Of a stretch of DNA of 64,000 nt, positions 20,991-29,909 are shown one piece after another. The DNA comes from Anaerolineae bacterium (GTDB lineage Bacteria; Chloroflexota; Anaerolineae; CG2-30-64-16). The translations under genes were made by a program, and so were the position numbers. Under the pieces are notes generated by a model that was not told the DNA's origin, searched no databases, and was given only the letters and a program-made list of their open reading frames with translations. The stretch's first letter is position 1. Each line of letters opens with the position of its first letter. The stretch spans positions 130,131 through 194,130 of the forward strand of contig JAXGYZ010000003.1 in the NCBI GenBank assembly GCA_040772005.1, in the 5' to 3' direction.

Positions 20991-21955
20991 ACGGTCTGGC
21001 GACTTTCGATGTTGCGTACGACGACTTCCGCCTGTGTCAGGATGGACTGTTCACCGGGCGCATCCTGGAAAATCAACAAGGGACACGAGCCGTAGGCCAG
21101 GAAGCTGGCAACCAGGCTGCCGTGAGGCCAACGCGTTTCACCGGAGAAGCCATGCGCGCTGAGCAGCACCAGGTCTACGCGTTCTTGCTCGACCAGTGCG
21201 TGGAGTGTGCTGGCCACCTGGTGTGCCACGAGGAGACGCGTCTCAACCGTGGCCGGAGGCAACTGCAGGCGCACCCATTCGAGATAGTTCTCGGCCTCGA
21301 CGCGGTTCCGCTCGACGATGCGGTCTGCCAGTTCGGTGTCTTCCTGGCTCGGCGGCGTGCGGCGGGGCATCACAGGTCGTTGGACCACGTGGGCGGCGAG
21401 CACCAGGGTCTCCGGGAGGCGGGCCAGGACGTTGGCCAGCGGCAGCACGGATTCGGCCCGGGCCGAGCCGTCGAGCGGCACGAGGATGCGTTTGTACTGG
21501 AGGGCTTCGCCTTCAGGAACCGGGGCGGCATGCGCGCGCACGATCATAAGCGAGGATCGGCTGCGCATGACCACCTTCTGCACCACACTGCTGACGTTCC
21601 AGCCGCTCAGCCCGGTCTGGCCGTGGCTGGCCAGGAGAATCAGCCTGAGGCCCTGCTCGTCCGCGAAGCCGACGATCAGCTCGGCGGGGTCGCCCGCGCT
21701 GACCTGCGCCTCACAGACAACGCCGGATGCGCGCAGGTGCTCGCACACACCCTGCAGATAGCTCTCCGCTTCGGCCCGGCGCAACTGCCATTCCAGCGGG
21801 TCCACCGCGCGGAGCCGGTCGGGTTGATCCGAGCCTGACAGGACGTGGAACAGGATGAGCTCGGCATTGAAGGCCTGCGCCAGTGCCACTGCGTGCGGCA
21901 GCACACACTCCGCAAGCGCGGAGCGATCCAGGGGAACCAGGATTTTATCGAACAT
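20987..21955 (-). CDS. Tandem universal stress protein (2x UspA domain)
   Basis: Two Usp repeats (MFDKILVPLDRSALAECVLPHAV...; KRILVPLDGSARAESVLPLANVLA...). The stop overlaps the cgs ATG in an ATGA arrangement. Confidence 0.8.
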   Translation of the reverse strand: MFDKILVPLDRSALAECVLPHAVALAQAFNAELILFHVLSGSDQPDRLRAVDPLEWQLRRAEAESYLQGVCEHLRASGVVCEAQVSAGDPAELIVGFADEQGLRLILLASHGQTGLSGWNVSSVVQKVVMRSRSSLMIVRAHAAPVPEGEALQYKRILVPLDGSARAESVLPLANVLARLPETLVLAAHVVQRPVMPRRTPPSQEDTELADRIVERNRVEAENYLEWVRLQLPPATVETRLLVAHQVASTLHALVEQERVDLVLLSAHGFSGETRWPHGSLVASFLAYGSCPLLIFQDAPGEQSILTQAEVVVRNIESRQTV

Positions 21956-22189
21956 AATAGTACCTCCTCACCCGCTTCGGGGTCTTCTGCCTGAGTGTTC
22001 AGGCAACCCCGACCGTAACACGGTGCCTCCTTGCCAGGTTGATAGGTTTCCTGGCCAACCTACGCAGAGTGTCGCTTGCCGTTGGGCAAGGCAGAGATCA
22101 GGGCGCGGCCGCAACGATTATGCACCGTTGCTGGGCCATCTATCATCTTATCTGGTTTGCAGGGTTGATGCGGTAAGCTTGCTTGCGTT

Positions 22190-22320
22190 GGGAGGTGAGG
22201 GAGGGGCCATCGCGAATATGCGAATGGGGCTCCGGCGCTGGGAGCGCATACGCGAAGTGCCGTGCCAGGAGAGGATTCGGTTATTCGTGTGCCATTCGGT
22301 TATTCGAGATGGCCGCCCAG
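22190..22320. repeat. Degenerate relative of the MITE/ATTCG-rich repeat family
   Basis: Segments ...GCATACGCGAAGTGCCG...GATTCGGTTATTCGTGTGCCATTCGGTTATTCGAGATGGCCGCCC share the ATTCG repeats and the ATGGCCGC block with the 173-bp MITE. Confidence 0.4.
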
Positions 22321-22328
22321 CAAGTCTC

Positions 22329-23408
22329 CTATCGCAGCGCCTTTGCGACCGCTGCGGCGCGGCTGTCCACGTCGAGCTTCTCGAAGATGGCCTTGAGGTA
22401 GCGCTTGACGGTGTTCTCCGAAATGACCATTGCGCGGGCGATGCCCTTGTTGGTGAGGCCCTGCACCAGCAGGTCGAGCACCTCCCGCTCGCGGCGGGTC
22501 AGCCGGGCGACCTCGCCGCGGCCCGCGCGGCCGGCCGAGGTGGCCTCCTGCACGGCGGTGACGAAGCCGCTGCGCTCGAAGCGCTGCTTCTCCAGGCACG
22601 CGAAGACCGCGAACTCGCTGTAGAGCCGCTCCAGGTCGGCGGGGGTCGCCAGCCCGCTCACGACGATGGCCGGGATGCCGGCGGCTTTCGCCTCCCGCAG
22701 CACCTCGAAGCCGTCGCGGTTGGCCCCCGCGGCCAGCGAGTTCGCGAGCGACAGGTCTGCGACGACCAGGCTGTGCTTCTCCCGCCGCAGGTGGCCGAGC
22801 GCCTCACCATAGCTGAGGCACGCGTGGACGGAATAGCCGGCATCCGCCAGCAGCTCCGCCAGGATCGCGCGCCAGCCCGCATCATCTTCGACCAGCAGGG
22901 CCTTGCCAGGGTGCACCGAGAGAGCCGGTGGGGGTGCAGCGGCGAGCTTTGGCGGCGTGGTGGCCCCTCTCGTTGCGGCAGCCTCGCCCCGGGCAACGGG
23001 AGGCGCAGCAACCGGGGCCTGCGCCAGCATCTCCCGGATGACCTGGCGGAACTCTGCACGGCGGAAGGCCTCCTTCCGCAGGCAGGTGTGTGCGCCGTAG
23101 CCGGTCAACACGCTGACGGCAATCTCGACCGTCGCGTAGCCGGTCAGCAGCAGCGCGACGCAGTTGGGGTCCTGGCGGCGGACGGCCTCCAGCACGCGCA
23201 GCCCGTCGCGGTCGCCTTCGTCATCGGGCCGCAGCGAGAGGTCCACCACGGCGACCCGGTGCGGCGCGGCGCGCAGGTGCGCGACCGCGGCGTCCAGGTC
23301 CGCAGCCACATCCACGGCCAGCCCCATGTCGGTCAGCAGCTCGGTCAGAATCTCCTGCCAGGCGGGGCTGTCCTCCACCACCAGTGCGCGCGGTGTAACA
23401 GACGTCAA
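22329..23408 (-). CDS. Response regulator with two receiver (REC) domains and a LuxR/FixJ-type HTH output
   Basis: Two REC cores (ALVVEDSP...VVDLSL...; ALLVEDDAG...VVADLSL...) plus a C-terminal LuxR HTH ([36 protein letters not shown]). Start is set at the TTG at 23406-23408, preceded by GGAGG. The long N-terminal extension in the ORF track overlaps the kinase gene and is rejected. Confidence 0.7.
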   Translation of the reverse strand: MTSVTPRALVVEDSPAWQEILTELLTDMGLAVDVAADLDAAVAHLRAAPHRVAVVDLSLRPDDEGDRDGLRVLEAVRRQDPNCVALLLTGYATVEIAVSVLTGYGAHTCLRKEAFRRAEFRQVIREMLAQAPVAAPPVARGEAAATRGATTPPKLAAAPPPALSVHPGKALLVEDDAGWRAILAELLADAGYSVHACLSYGEALGHLRREKHSLVVADLSLANSLAAGANRDGFEVLREAKAAGIPAIVVSGLATPADLERLYSEFAVFACLEKQRFERSGFVTAVQEATSAGRAGRGEVARLTRREREVLDLLVQGLTNKGIARAMVISENTVKRYLKAIFEKLDVDSRAAAVAKALR

Positions 23409-25399
23409 GAGGCCGCCTCCCCGTCCGCCTGCCGTGCAGCCTGCGGCAGGCGCAGGCGGAACGTCGTACCGCGGCGCCCGTCGCTCTCGACCGAGACCGC
23501 GCCGCCGAGCCGGGTCATCATCGTCTTGACCCACCAGAGCCCGAACCCCAGCCGCGACCGCGCGCTTCGGGCACCTTCGGCGCCCAGCCGACCGTCGGCC
23601 CGCCGCCGCTCGGAAAACCGGAATTCGAAGATGCGCGCCTGGTTGTCCGGCGGGATGCCCGGCCCGTCGTCGGTAATTGCCAGCTCGACCCAGTCTCCCG
23701 CTGCGGTCCCCCCAATCTGCACGACGCCCCGGCCGTTCATGGCTTCCGCCGCGTTGTCCAGCAGATTGACGATAACGAGGGCCAGCGTCTCTCGGCCCGC
23801 CAGCACCGGCGGGAGCTGATCCAGCCCGGCCGACTGCACCGCCACGCCGGGCGGCAGCCGCGCCGCGGCCAGCGCATCGGCCACGCAGCCGGCCACGCTG
23901 ACCGGCCCGGCCTCGATGGGGTGGAGCAGGGCCAGCCGGTCGCGCACGGTCGCCATCGCGTCGAGTGCGGCCCGCTCGATCTCCGCCAGGTTGGCTGCCA
24001 GGTAAGGGTTGTCCGCCAGCGCGGGCGCGCATTTGTCCTGGATGCCCTCGATGCGCACCGGGATGGTGCCGACCTTGTTGTTGAGGTGGTGGAGCAGGTT
24101 CGCGGCCACGTCGCCCATCGCGGCGAACGTCTCTGCGACTGCGCGGGCCTCCTGCGCCTCGCGCAGCGCCTCCTGCCGCGCTGCGTTGGCCCGGGCGAGG
24201 GCCTCATACTCGGCCAGGATAGCTTCGACCTTCCGATCCCACTCCGTATCGCCGCTCACCAGGTCGCCGCGCAGGGCGGCCAGGTGCGCCTGGACCTGGC
24301 TGAGGTCCTGCGTCAGTACGCGCGTCGAGGTGTCGCGCAGCGCGTCGAGCAGGCGCACTTCCTGAATGGCGATGACGGCCTGGGTCGCGAGTCCCTGCAG
24401 CAGGTGACTGTCCGCCTCGCTGAACGCGCCGGCGTGGGGGCTTTCGAGGTTCAGCACGCCTTCCAGCCGACCGCCCGCGCCGATGAGCGGCACGGCCAGC
24501 TCCGCGCGCATCTGGAGCGAGTGGTCCAGCGGGTAATAGATGCGCGACCAGGGCGGCTCGCGCACGTCCGCGATGTTGACGGGCTGGCGCGTCTTGGCCA
24601 CGAGGCCCATGATGCTCGTCGTGTTGATGGGCAGCGCCTCGACCGCAGGCCGGCCCAGCCGTTCGCCTGCAATGGCCCGCATGACGAGGTTCTGGCCGCT
24701 GCGGTCCACGAGCCGGAAGATGCCGTAGCGCGCGCCGGTGACCTCCAGCGCCATCTCGAGGATGGCAACGAGCGTGTCTTCGAGCCGGGTGCGCGAGGAG
24801 ATCAACAGGCCCGCATGGCGCAGCAGGGCCAGTTCGTCCTCCTTGCGCGCGAGGTTGCGCCGTGTGTGCGTGACCTGGCCGGCGAGGTAGAGGGCCATGG
24901 CCGCCTGTGCGACGAAGTTGTCCAGCAGGAGCAATTCGAGCTGGCTCAGCCGCCGCGCCTCCGTCAGGTAGACATAAAGGGTACCGAGCGGCTGGCCCGC
25001 CACGAGCAGCGGCAGGCAGGCTGCGGCGGCCGCCCCGGCAGACCGGCGGTCGGGATGGATGTCGAGGTCCGGCTCATCGTATGAGAGCACGGGCTGCGTG
25101 CGGCGGATGGCGCGCATCCCCAGGCCGTCCGGTCGGGGGGTCGCATCGCGGAGCAGGGCCGGGTGGTCGCCCGCCGAGGTGCGCGAGACCGGGTCCAGGC
25201 TGCTGCGGGCGGGGTCGTAGGTGTACAGGATGGCCGTCGCGCCCGGGATGATGGTGACGGCGCTCTCCGCGATGAGGCGCAGCGTCGCGTCGAGGACGGC
25301 GGGGTCGCCCAGGTTGAGCTGGTTGACCCGCCGGCCCACGTCGCGCAGTTGCGCCAGGACTGCCAACAGGCGGCGATCTTCGTCAGGCGTCACGGTCAT
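23405..25399 (-). CDS. Sensor histidine kinase with two GAF domains (HisKA_3/NarX-like dimerisation region, HATPase_c)
   Basis: 664 aa. It has GAF-like regions, then an H-box region ([13 protein letters not shown]) and an ATPase region (LLDNAAEAM...ITDDGPGIP...GFGLW). The partner is a LuxR-type regulator, consistent with the NarL/NarX class. Confidence 0.75.
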   Translation of the reverse strand: MTVTPDEDRRLLAVLAQLRDVGRRVNQLNLGDPAVLDATLRLIAESAVTIIPGATAILYTYDPARSSLDPVSRTSAGDHPALLRDATPRPDGLGMRAIRRTQPVLSYDEPDLDIHPDRRSAGAAAAACLPLLVAGQPLGTLYVYLTEARRLSQLELLLLDNFVAQAAMALYLAGQVTHTRRNLARKEDELALLRHAGLLISSRTRLEDTLVAILEMALEVTGARYGIFRLVDRSGQNLVMRAIAGERLGRPAVEALPINTTSIMGLVAKTRQPVNIADVREPPWSRIYYPLDHSLQMRAELAVPLIGAGGRLEGVLNLESPHAGAFSEADSHLLQGLATQAVIAIQEVRLLDALRDTSTRVLTQDLSQVQAHLAALRGDLVSGDTEWDRKVEAILAEYEALARANAARQEALREAQEARAVAETFAAMGDVAANLLHHLNNKVGTIPVRIEGIQDKCAPALADNPYLAANLAEIERAALDAMATVRDRLALLHPIEAGPVSVAGCVADALAAARLPPGVAVQSAGLDQLPPVLAGRETLALVIVNLLDNAAEAMNGRGVVQIGGTAAGDWVELAITDDGPGIPPDNQARIFEFRFSERRRADGRLGAEGARSARSRLGFGLWWVKTMMTRLGGAVSVESDGRRGTTFRLRLPQAARQADGEAAS

Positions 25400-25426
25400 G
25401 CGTCCAGTTTACCATAACCCGCGCCC

Positions 25427-25816
25427 TCACCGCACTTCTGGGACCTTCCGCCGCTCGTCGATATCGTCCGGATATTGCAAGGCCTGTTGTCCGCGCTCGC
25501 CGGTGCGGATGCGGATGACGTCGTCCACCGGATAGACGAAGATGAGCCCGTCGCCGATGTCGCCGGTGGCTGCGGCCTCGCAGATGGTCTCGATGGCCTT
25601 GGCGACGTTGTGGTCGCTCAGCACGATGTTCACCTGCAGCCGGGGCAGCAGGTCCACCTGGTAGCTGCCGGAGCGCCCGGTGAGCGTGATGCCGCCCTGC
25701 CGCCCGTGCCCCCGGCACTCGGTCACATTCATGCCCACGATGCCGATGCGGCGCAGCGCGTCCTTGACATCGTTGAGTTTCTCTTCCCGGATGATGGCTT
25801 CGATCTTCTTGGTCAT
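25427..25816 (-). CDS. glnK: Nitrogen regulatory protein P-II (GlnK)
   Basis: MTKKIEAIIREEKLNDVKDALRRIGIVGMNVTECRGHGRQGG... is the canonical PII sequence with a T-loop. Start is the ATG at 25814-25816 with GGGGAG as RBS, immediately downstream of amtB. Confidence 0.9.
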   Translation of the reverse strand: MTKKIEAIIREEKLNDVKDALRRIGIVGMNVTECRGHGRQGGITLTGRSGSYQVDLLPRLQVNIVLSDHNVAKAIETICEAAATGDIGDGLIFVYPVDDVIRIRTGERGQQALQYPDDIDERRKVPEVR

Positions 25817-25838
25817 GGTGGTTCTCCCCGAAAATGAT

Positions 25839-25865
25839 GTAGGACGGGTTGCCAACCCGTCCTAC
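25839..25865. repeat. 27-bp perfect palindrome GTAGGACGGGTTG-C-CAACCCGTCCTAC between amtB and glnK
   Basis: 13-bp GC-rich arms with a 1-nt centre. Near-identical second copy at 27218-27244. Confidence 0.6.
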
Positions 25866-25873
25866 TGAAATCC

Positions 25874-27097
25874 TTATGCGTACGCGCGCTCGCCGTGTTC
25901 GCTGATGTCCAGGCCGACCTGCTCCTCGGTCGGCGTGACGCTCAGGCCGACCGTCCGGTTGAGCAGCCGGGTGATGACGGTTGTGAGTGCGAAGGCGAAG
26001 GCGGCGACGGCCACGACGGTCAGGAGCTGCACGGCGAGCTGCCCGGGGTTGCCATAGAGCAGGCCGTCCGCGCCGGCAGAGTTGATGGTCTTCGTGGCGA
26101 AGATGCCGGTCGCAATCGCGCCCCACGCGCCGCCCATCCCGTGACACGCCCAGACATCGAGCGATTCGTCCAGGTGGCGCTTCTGGCGGAACTTGATGGC
26201 GTAGTAGCTGATGGGGGCCGCCAGCCCGCCGATGACGATCGAGGCGAGCGGGGTCACGAAGCCTGCCGCGGGTGTAATCGCGACCAGCCCGACGACTGCG
26301 CCGGTGACGATGCCGAGGATGCTGGGCTTATGGTCGCGCCAGCTCAGGAGCATCCAGACGAGTCCTGCGGCGGCGGCAGCAGTGTTGGTGTTGACCACGG
26401 CGGTGACCGCCAGGCCGTTGGCAGCCAGCGCGCTCCCGCCGTTGAAGCCGAACCAGCCGAACCACAGCAGCCCCGCGCCCAGGATGCTGAACGGGATGTT
26501 GTGCGGCTCCATCGTCCCGTTGCCGTAGCCCGCGCGCTTGCGGATGACCAGCGCAAAGGCCAGCGCCGAGAAGCCTGCGGTGATGTGCACGACCGTGCCG
26601 CCGGCGAAGTCCAGCGCGCCAAGCTGGCGCAGCAGCCCGCCGACGCCCCAGACCCAGTGTGCCACCGGGTCGTAGACGAAGGTGGCCCACAACAGGCTGA
26701 AGAGCAGGAAAGCCTTGAAGCGCACGCGCTCGACGAACGCGCCGGTGATGAGCGCCGGGGTGATGACGGCGAACGTCATTTGGAAGGCGGCGAAGGCCAT
26801 GTGCGGGATGGTTGCAGCGTACTCGGCGTTCGGCTCCGCACCGACGCCCGTCAGCCCGGCAAAGTTGAGCCCGCCGATGATCCCGCCGAGCGAAGTCCCG
26901 AACGCGAGCGTGTAGCCGACCAAGACCCACTGCAGGCCGATCAGGCCCATCATGACGAAGCTGAGGTTGAGCGTGGAGAGGACGTTCTTCCGGCGCACCA
27001 TGCCGCCGTAGAAGAAGGCCAGCGCCGGGGTCATGAGGGTCACCAGCCCCGTGGCGACGAGGATCCAGGCGGTGTCGCCTGCGTTGATGCTATCCAT
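25874..27097 (-). CDS. amtB: Ammonium transporter (Amt/AmtB family)
   Basis: MDSINAGDTAWILVATGLVTLMTPALAFFYGGMVRRKN... carries the Amt signature. ORF trimmed to the ATG at 27095-27097. The classic amtB-glnK pair supports the call. Confidence 0.9.
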   Translation of the reverse strand: MDSINAGDTAWILVATGLVTLMTPALAFFYGGMVRRKNVLSTLNLSFVMMGLIGLQWVLVGYTLAFGTSLGGIIGGLNFAGLTGVGAEPNAEYAATIPHMAFAAFQMTFAVITPALITGAFVERVRFKAFLLFSLLWATFVYDPVAHWVWGVGGLLRQLGALDFAGGTVVHITAGFSALAFALVIRKRAGYGNGTMEPHNIPFSILGAGLLWFGWFGFNGGSALAANGLAVTAVVNTNTAAAAAGLVWMLLSWRDHKPSILGIVTGAVVGLVAITPAAGFVTPLASIVIGGLAAPISYYAIKFRQKRHLDESLDVWACHGMGGAWGAIATGIFATKTINSAGADGLLYGNPGQLAVQLLTVVAVAAFAFALTTVITRLLNRTVGLSVTPTEEQVGLDISEHGERAYA

Positions 27098-27193
27098 CGG
27101 TCTGCTCCTTTCGTGCATGTGCTGCGTCGCGCCGTTCGGGCGCGGCCCGCCAGTCACATGCGGCAGGATAGCAGAGCGGGATGGCGTGCGCCA

Positions 27194-27209
27194 GTACCCA
27201 TTTGGGTAC
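27194..27209. promoter_or_regulatory. Palindromic motif GTACCC-N4-GGGTAC ~100 bp upstream of amtB. Candidate nitrogen-regulator operator
   Basis: GTACCCATTTGGGTAC. A closely related site, GTACCCGAACGGGTAG, lies ~120 bp upstream of glnA at 29829-29844. Confidence 0.4.
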
Positions 27210-27217
27210 AAAAATCA

Positions 27218-27244
27218 GTAGGACGGGTTGTCAACCCGTCCTAC
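27218..27244 (-). terminator. 27-bp palindrome GTAGGACGGGTTG-T-CAACCCGTCCTAC, followed on the minus strand by TGATTTTTG. Likely intrinsic terminator of hsp33 (and/or operator upstream of amtB)
   Basis: It is 8 nt after the hsp33 stop. A 13-bp stem plus a T-run on the transcribed strand. Same sequence family as 25839-25865. Confidence 0.55.
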
Positions 27245-27251
27245 AACGCTG

Positions 27252-28133
27252 TTACTCGACGGTCTCCCGCTCGCGCAGGATGCCTTCGAGGTCTTCCGCG
27301 CTGAAGTGGTAGCGCTCGTAGCAGAAGTGGCAGTCCACGATCGCTTCCCCCTCGGCCAGCAGCGCGAGCAGGTCCTCCGCCTCGAGCATCTTGAGCGCCT
27401 GCCGCGAGCGCTCCCAGCTGCACGTGCAGTGGAACTGGACGGGCCGTTCCTCCAGGACCTCGTACTGCACGGGGCCGAAGACGCGGTCCATCAGCTCGTG
27501 CGGGCCGAAGTCGTCCGCCAGGAGCGTCTCCAGCGGCGGCAGATCGGCCAGGCTGACGGCAAGCTGCTCGACGGCCTCGCGGCCGCGGCCGGGCAACGCC
27601 TGGATGAGCAGCCCGCCGGCTGACGCAATGCTGCCGTCTTCGTCCATGCGGACGCCGATTCTGACCAGCGACGGGACCTGCTCGGAGGTGTTGAGGTAGT
27701 TCTCCAGCTCCGGGGCGAGCTGCCCGGTGTCGAGCGGGACGACGCTGCGGTAGAGGTCCTTGAGCCGCATGTCCTTCACGACGGTCAGGATGCCCTCGTG
27801 GCCCAGCGCCTCACCGACCGCCTCTGCCCCCAGGTCATCGCCCGACGCCGCATCGGGCACGGCCACGTAGCCGCGCGCCCGGCCATAGGCGTCTGCCTCG
27901 ACGACCAGCTTACGCAGCCGGCCGCCGCCCTCGACCTTGAGCGCAATGCGCTCCTGCACCTTGAGCAGCGCGCCCAATAACACACCGGCCGTCAGGCCGT
28001 GCGCCAGTGCGGCTGCCGCAATCGGGTAGGCGGCATGGCGCCGCGCGGCCTCCTGCGCCAGTTCCGTTGTCACACATGCCAGCGCGCGCACCCCGGCGTC
28101 CTTCGCCATCACGCGCAGAATATAGTCACTCAT
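27252..28133 (-). CDS. hslO: Redox-regulated chaperone Hsp33 (HslO)
   Basis: Hsp33 fold with the C-terminal zinc-centre cysteines (CTCSWER...CHFCYERY). Start trimmed to ATG 28131-28133 (MSDYILRVMAKD). Confidence 0.85.
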   Translation of the reverse strand: MSDYILRVMAKDAGVRALACVTTELAQEAARRHAAYPIAAAALAHGLTAGVLLGALLKVQERIALKVEGGGRLRKLVVEADAYGRARGYVAVPDAASGDDLGAEAVGEALGHEGILTVVKDMRLKDLYRSVVPLDTGQLAPELENYLNTSEQVPSLVRIGVRMDEDGSIASAGGLLIQALPGRGREAVEQLAVSLADLPPLETLLADDFGPHELMDRVFGPVQYEVLEERPVQFHCTCSWERSRQALKMLEAEDLLALLAEGEAIVDCHFCYERYHFSAEDLEGILRERETVE

Positions 28134-28219
28134 GTCCCTCTCCCGTTTTCGACTGATGCTGCGGCGCATTCTACTCGCAAACGGGGATTCTGTCAGCAAA
28201 TCAGCCCACAATCAGGGGA

Positions 28220-28275
28220 AACAAAAACCCCGGTTTCAGAGGTGAAGCAAAGCTTCACACGAAACCGGGTTTTCT
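28220..28275 (-). terminator. Rho-independent terminator downstream of glnA
   Basis: Minus-strand RNA would form a hairpin (AAAACCCGGTTTC...GAAACCGGGGTTTT with an inner GTGAAGC-TTT-GCTTCAC stem) followed by TTTTGTTTCCCC. Confidence 0.6.
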
Positions 28276-28296
28276 GGGCGGGTTGCTCTGCTGATG

Positions 28297-29712
28297 TTAT
28301 GCGTCGAAATACAGCGTGAACTCGTGCGGGTGCGGGCGCATCCGGATCGGGTCGACCTCGGTCTCGCGCTTGTAGGCGATGTACGTCTTGAGCATGTCCG
28401 TCGTGAAGACGTCGCCCTTGAGCAGGAACTCGTGGTCCTCTTCGAGCGCCTTCAGGACCGCATCCAGCGAGCCCGGCACCTGCTTGATGAGCTTGGCTTC
28501 CTCCGGCGGCAGGCCGTACAGGTCCTTGTCCATCGGCTCGCCCGGGTCGATGCGGTTCTGGATGCCGTCCAGCCCGGCCATCAGCAGCGCGGCGAAGGCC
28601 AGATAGGGGTTGCACGACGGGTCGGGCGCACGGAACTCCACGCGCTTCGACTTGGCGCTCTTGGACCCGACCGGGATGCGGCAGATGGCCGACCGGTTGC
28701 GCTGCGAATAGGCCAGGTTGACGGGCGCCTCGAACCCGGGCACGAGGCGGCGATACGAGTTGGTCGTCGGCGCGACCAGCGCCAGCAGCGCGGGCGCGTG
28801 CTTCAGCAGGCCGCCGATGTAGAACTTGGCCGTATCCGAGAGCTGCGCGTAGCCCGTCTCGTCGTAGAATGCGTTCTTGCCACCCTTCCAGATGCTCTGG
28901 TGGCAGTGCATCCCGCTGCCGTTGTCGCCGTAGAGCGGCTTGGGCATGAAGGTGGCCGTCAGCCCGTTCTGCCGCGCCACGTTCTTGACCATGTACTTGT
29001 AGACCATCACGTTATCGGCCATGTGCAGCAGCGTGTCGAAGCGCATGCCGATCTCGCCCTGCCCGCCGGACGCGACCTCGTGGTGATGAATCTCCACCGG
29101 GATGCCCGCACTCTCGATGGCAAGCACGATGCGGCTGCGCACGTCCTGGAGGGTGTCCACGGGCGGGGTCGGGAAGTAGCCGCGCTTGGCCGCAATCTGC
29201 CCGCCGAAGTTGGGGCCGATGTCCTTGCCGCTGTTCCACCAGCCCTCGCGGCTGTCGATGTGATAGTACGCCTCGTTGGTGCTGCTGGCGTAACGCACGT
29301 CGCCGAAGATGAAGAACTCGGCCTCCGGCCCGAAGAAGACCGTGTCCCCGATGCCGGTCTGCTTCAGGTAGGTCTCGGCGCGGCGCGCGATGTAGCGCGG
29401 GTCGCGGCTGTATGGCTCGCGCGTGATGGGGTCGTAGACGTCCCCGATGATGACGAGCGTCGGCACCTGGTAGATGGGGTCGATGAACGCGGTCGTCGGG
29501 TCCAGCAGCAGGAGCATGTCCGATTCGTGGATTTCCTTGAAGCCGCGAATGGACGAACCGTCGAACGGGACGCCGTCCTCGAAGGTGTCTTCGGAGAGGA
29601 CATGCGCAGGAATCGTGAAGTGCTGCCAGACGCCGGGCAAGTCGGTAAAGCGCAGGTCGACCATCTGCACTTGTTTCGCCATTTCCATCACGTCAGCGAC
29701 TGTCTTGGACAT
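28297..29712 (-). CDS. glnA: Glutamine synthetase type I (GlnA)
   Basis: 471 aa. The N-terminal beta-grasp and the catalytic domain carry canonical GSI motifs (DLRFTDLPG, ...[11 protein letters not shown]..., [10 protein letters not shown], ...[10 protein letters not shown]). Confidence 0.95.
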   Translation of the reverse strand: MSKTVADVMEMAKQVQMVDLRFTDLPGVWQHFTIPAHVLSEDTFEDGVPFDGSSIRGFKEIHESDMLLLLDPTTAFIDPIYQVPTLVIIGDVYDPITREPYSRDPRYIARRAETYLKQTGIGDTVFFGPEAEFFIFGDVRYASSTNEAYYHIDSREGWWNSGKDIGPNFGGQIAAKRGYFPTPPVDTLQDVRSRIVLAIESAGIPVEIHHHEVASGGQGEIGMRFDTLLHMADNVMVYKYMVKNVARQNGLTATFMPKPLYGDNGSGMHCHQSIWKGGKNAFYDETGYAQLSDTAKFYIGGLLKHAPALLALVAPTTNSYRRLVPGFEAPVNLAYSQRNRSAICRIPVGSKSAKSKRVEFRAPDPSCNPYLAFAALLMAGLDGIQNRIDPGEPMDKDLYGLPPEEAKLIKQVPGSLDAVLKALEEDHEFLLKGDVFTTDMLKTYIAYKRETEVDPIRMRPHPHEFTLYFDA

Positions 29713-29733
29713 GGAAAAGCCCTTTCGGTTGAG

Positions 29734-29757
29734 TTACGAATTGAGAATTACGAATTG
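29734..29757. promoter_or_regulatory. Direct repeat TTACGAATTG x2 (14-bp register) 20-45 bp upstream of the glnA start codon
   Basis: GTTACGAATTGAGAATTACGAATTGCGG. Candidate regulator binding site in the glnA 5' region. No function established. Confidence 0.3.
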
Positions 29758-29828
29758 CGGGTCGCCGTGCGAACCGGTCGCCCCAACGAATCGTTGAGAG
29801 TATATCCGGCACAGGTTGACGCCGTATA

Positions 29829-29844
29829 GTACCCGAACGGGTAG
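29829..29844. promoter_or_regulatory. Palindromic motif GTACCC-N4-GGGTAG in the divergent glnA / enolase-family intergenic region
   Basis: GTACCCGAACGGGTAG. Same half-sites as the site upstream of amtB (27194-27209). Confidence 0.4.
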
Positions 29845-29909
29845 TATTTGGGGGTGTGTTATGATGCAGCGGTATTTCGCTGTCCAAGACTGACTCCAAG
29901 AGGTGACCC

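Noticed and set aside
27194-27209. Possible NtcA (GTA-N8-TAC) or Bacillus TnrA/GlnR site upstream of amtB/glnA
   Set aside because: The spacing is GTA-N10-TAC and the half-sites GTACCC/GGGTAC do not fit NtcA, TnrA or actinobacterial GlnR consensus. It is reported instead as an unassigned dyad motif.
27097-27211. Six-frame ORF start (TTG at 27209-27211) for amtB and similar 5'-extended starts for glnK (25855), mrpE (4086), mrpG (3387), hsp33 (28211), the response regulator (24032), hybrid kinase (38766), cupin (40097) and URO-D-like (63309)
   Set aside because: The extensions have no homology, overlap upstream genes or regulatory palindromes. Each contains an internal ATG/GTG/TTG with an RBS at the position where the conserved protein N-terminus begins, so the shorter models were adopted.
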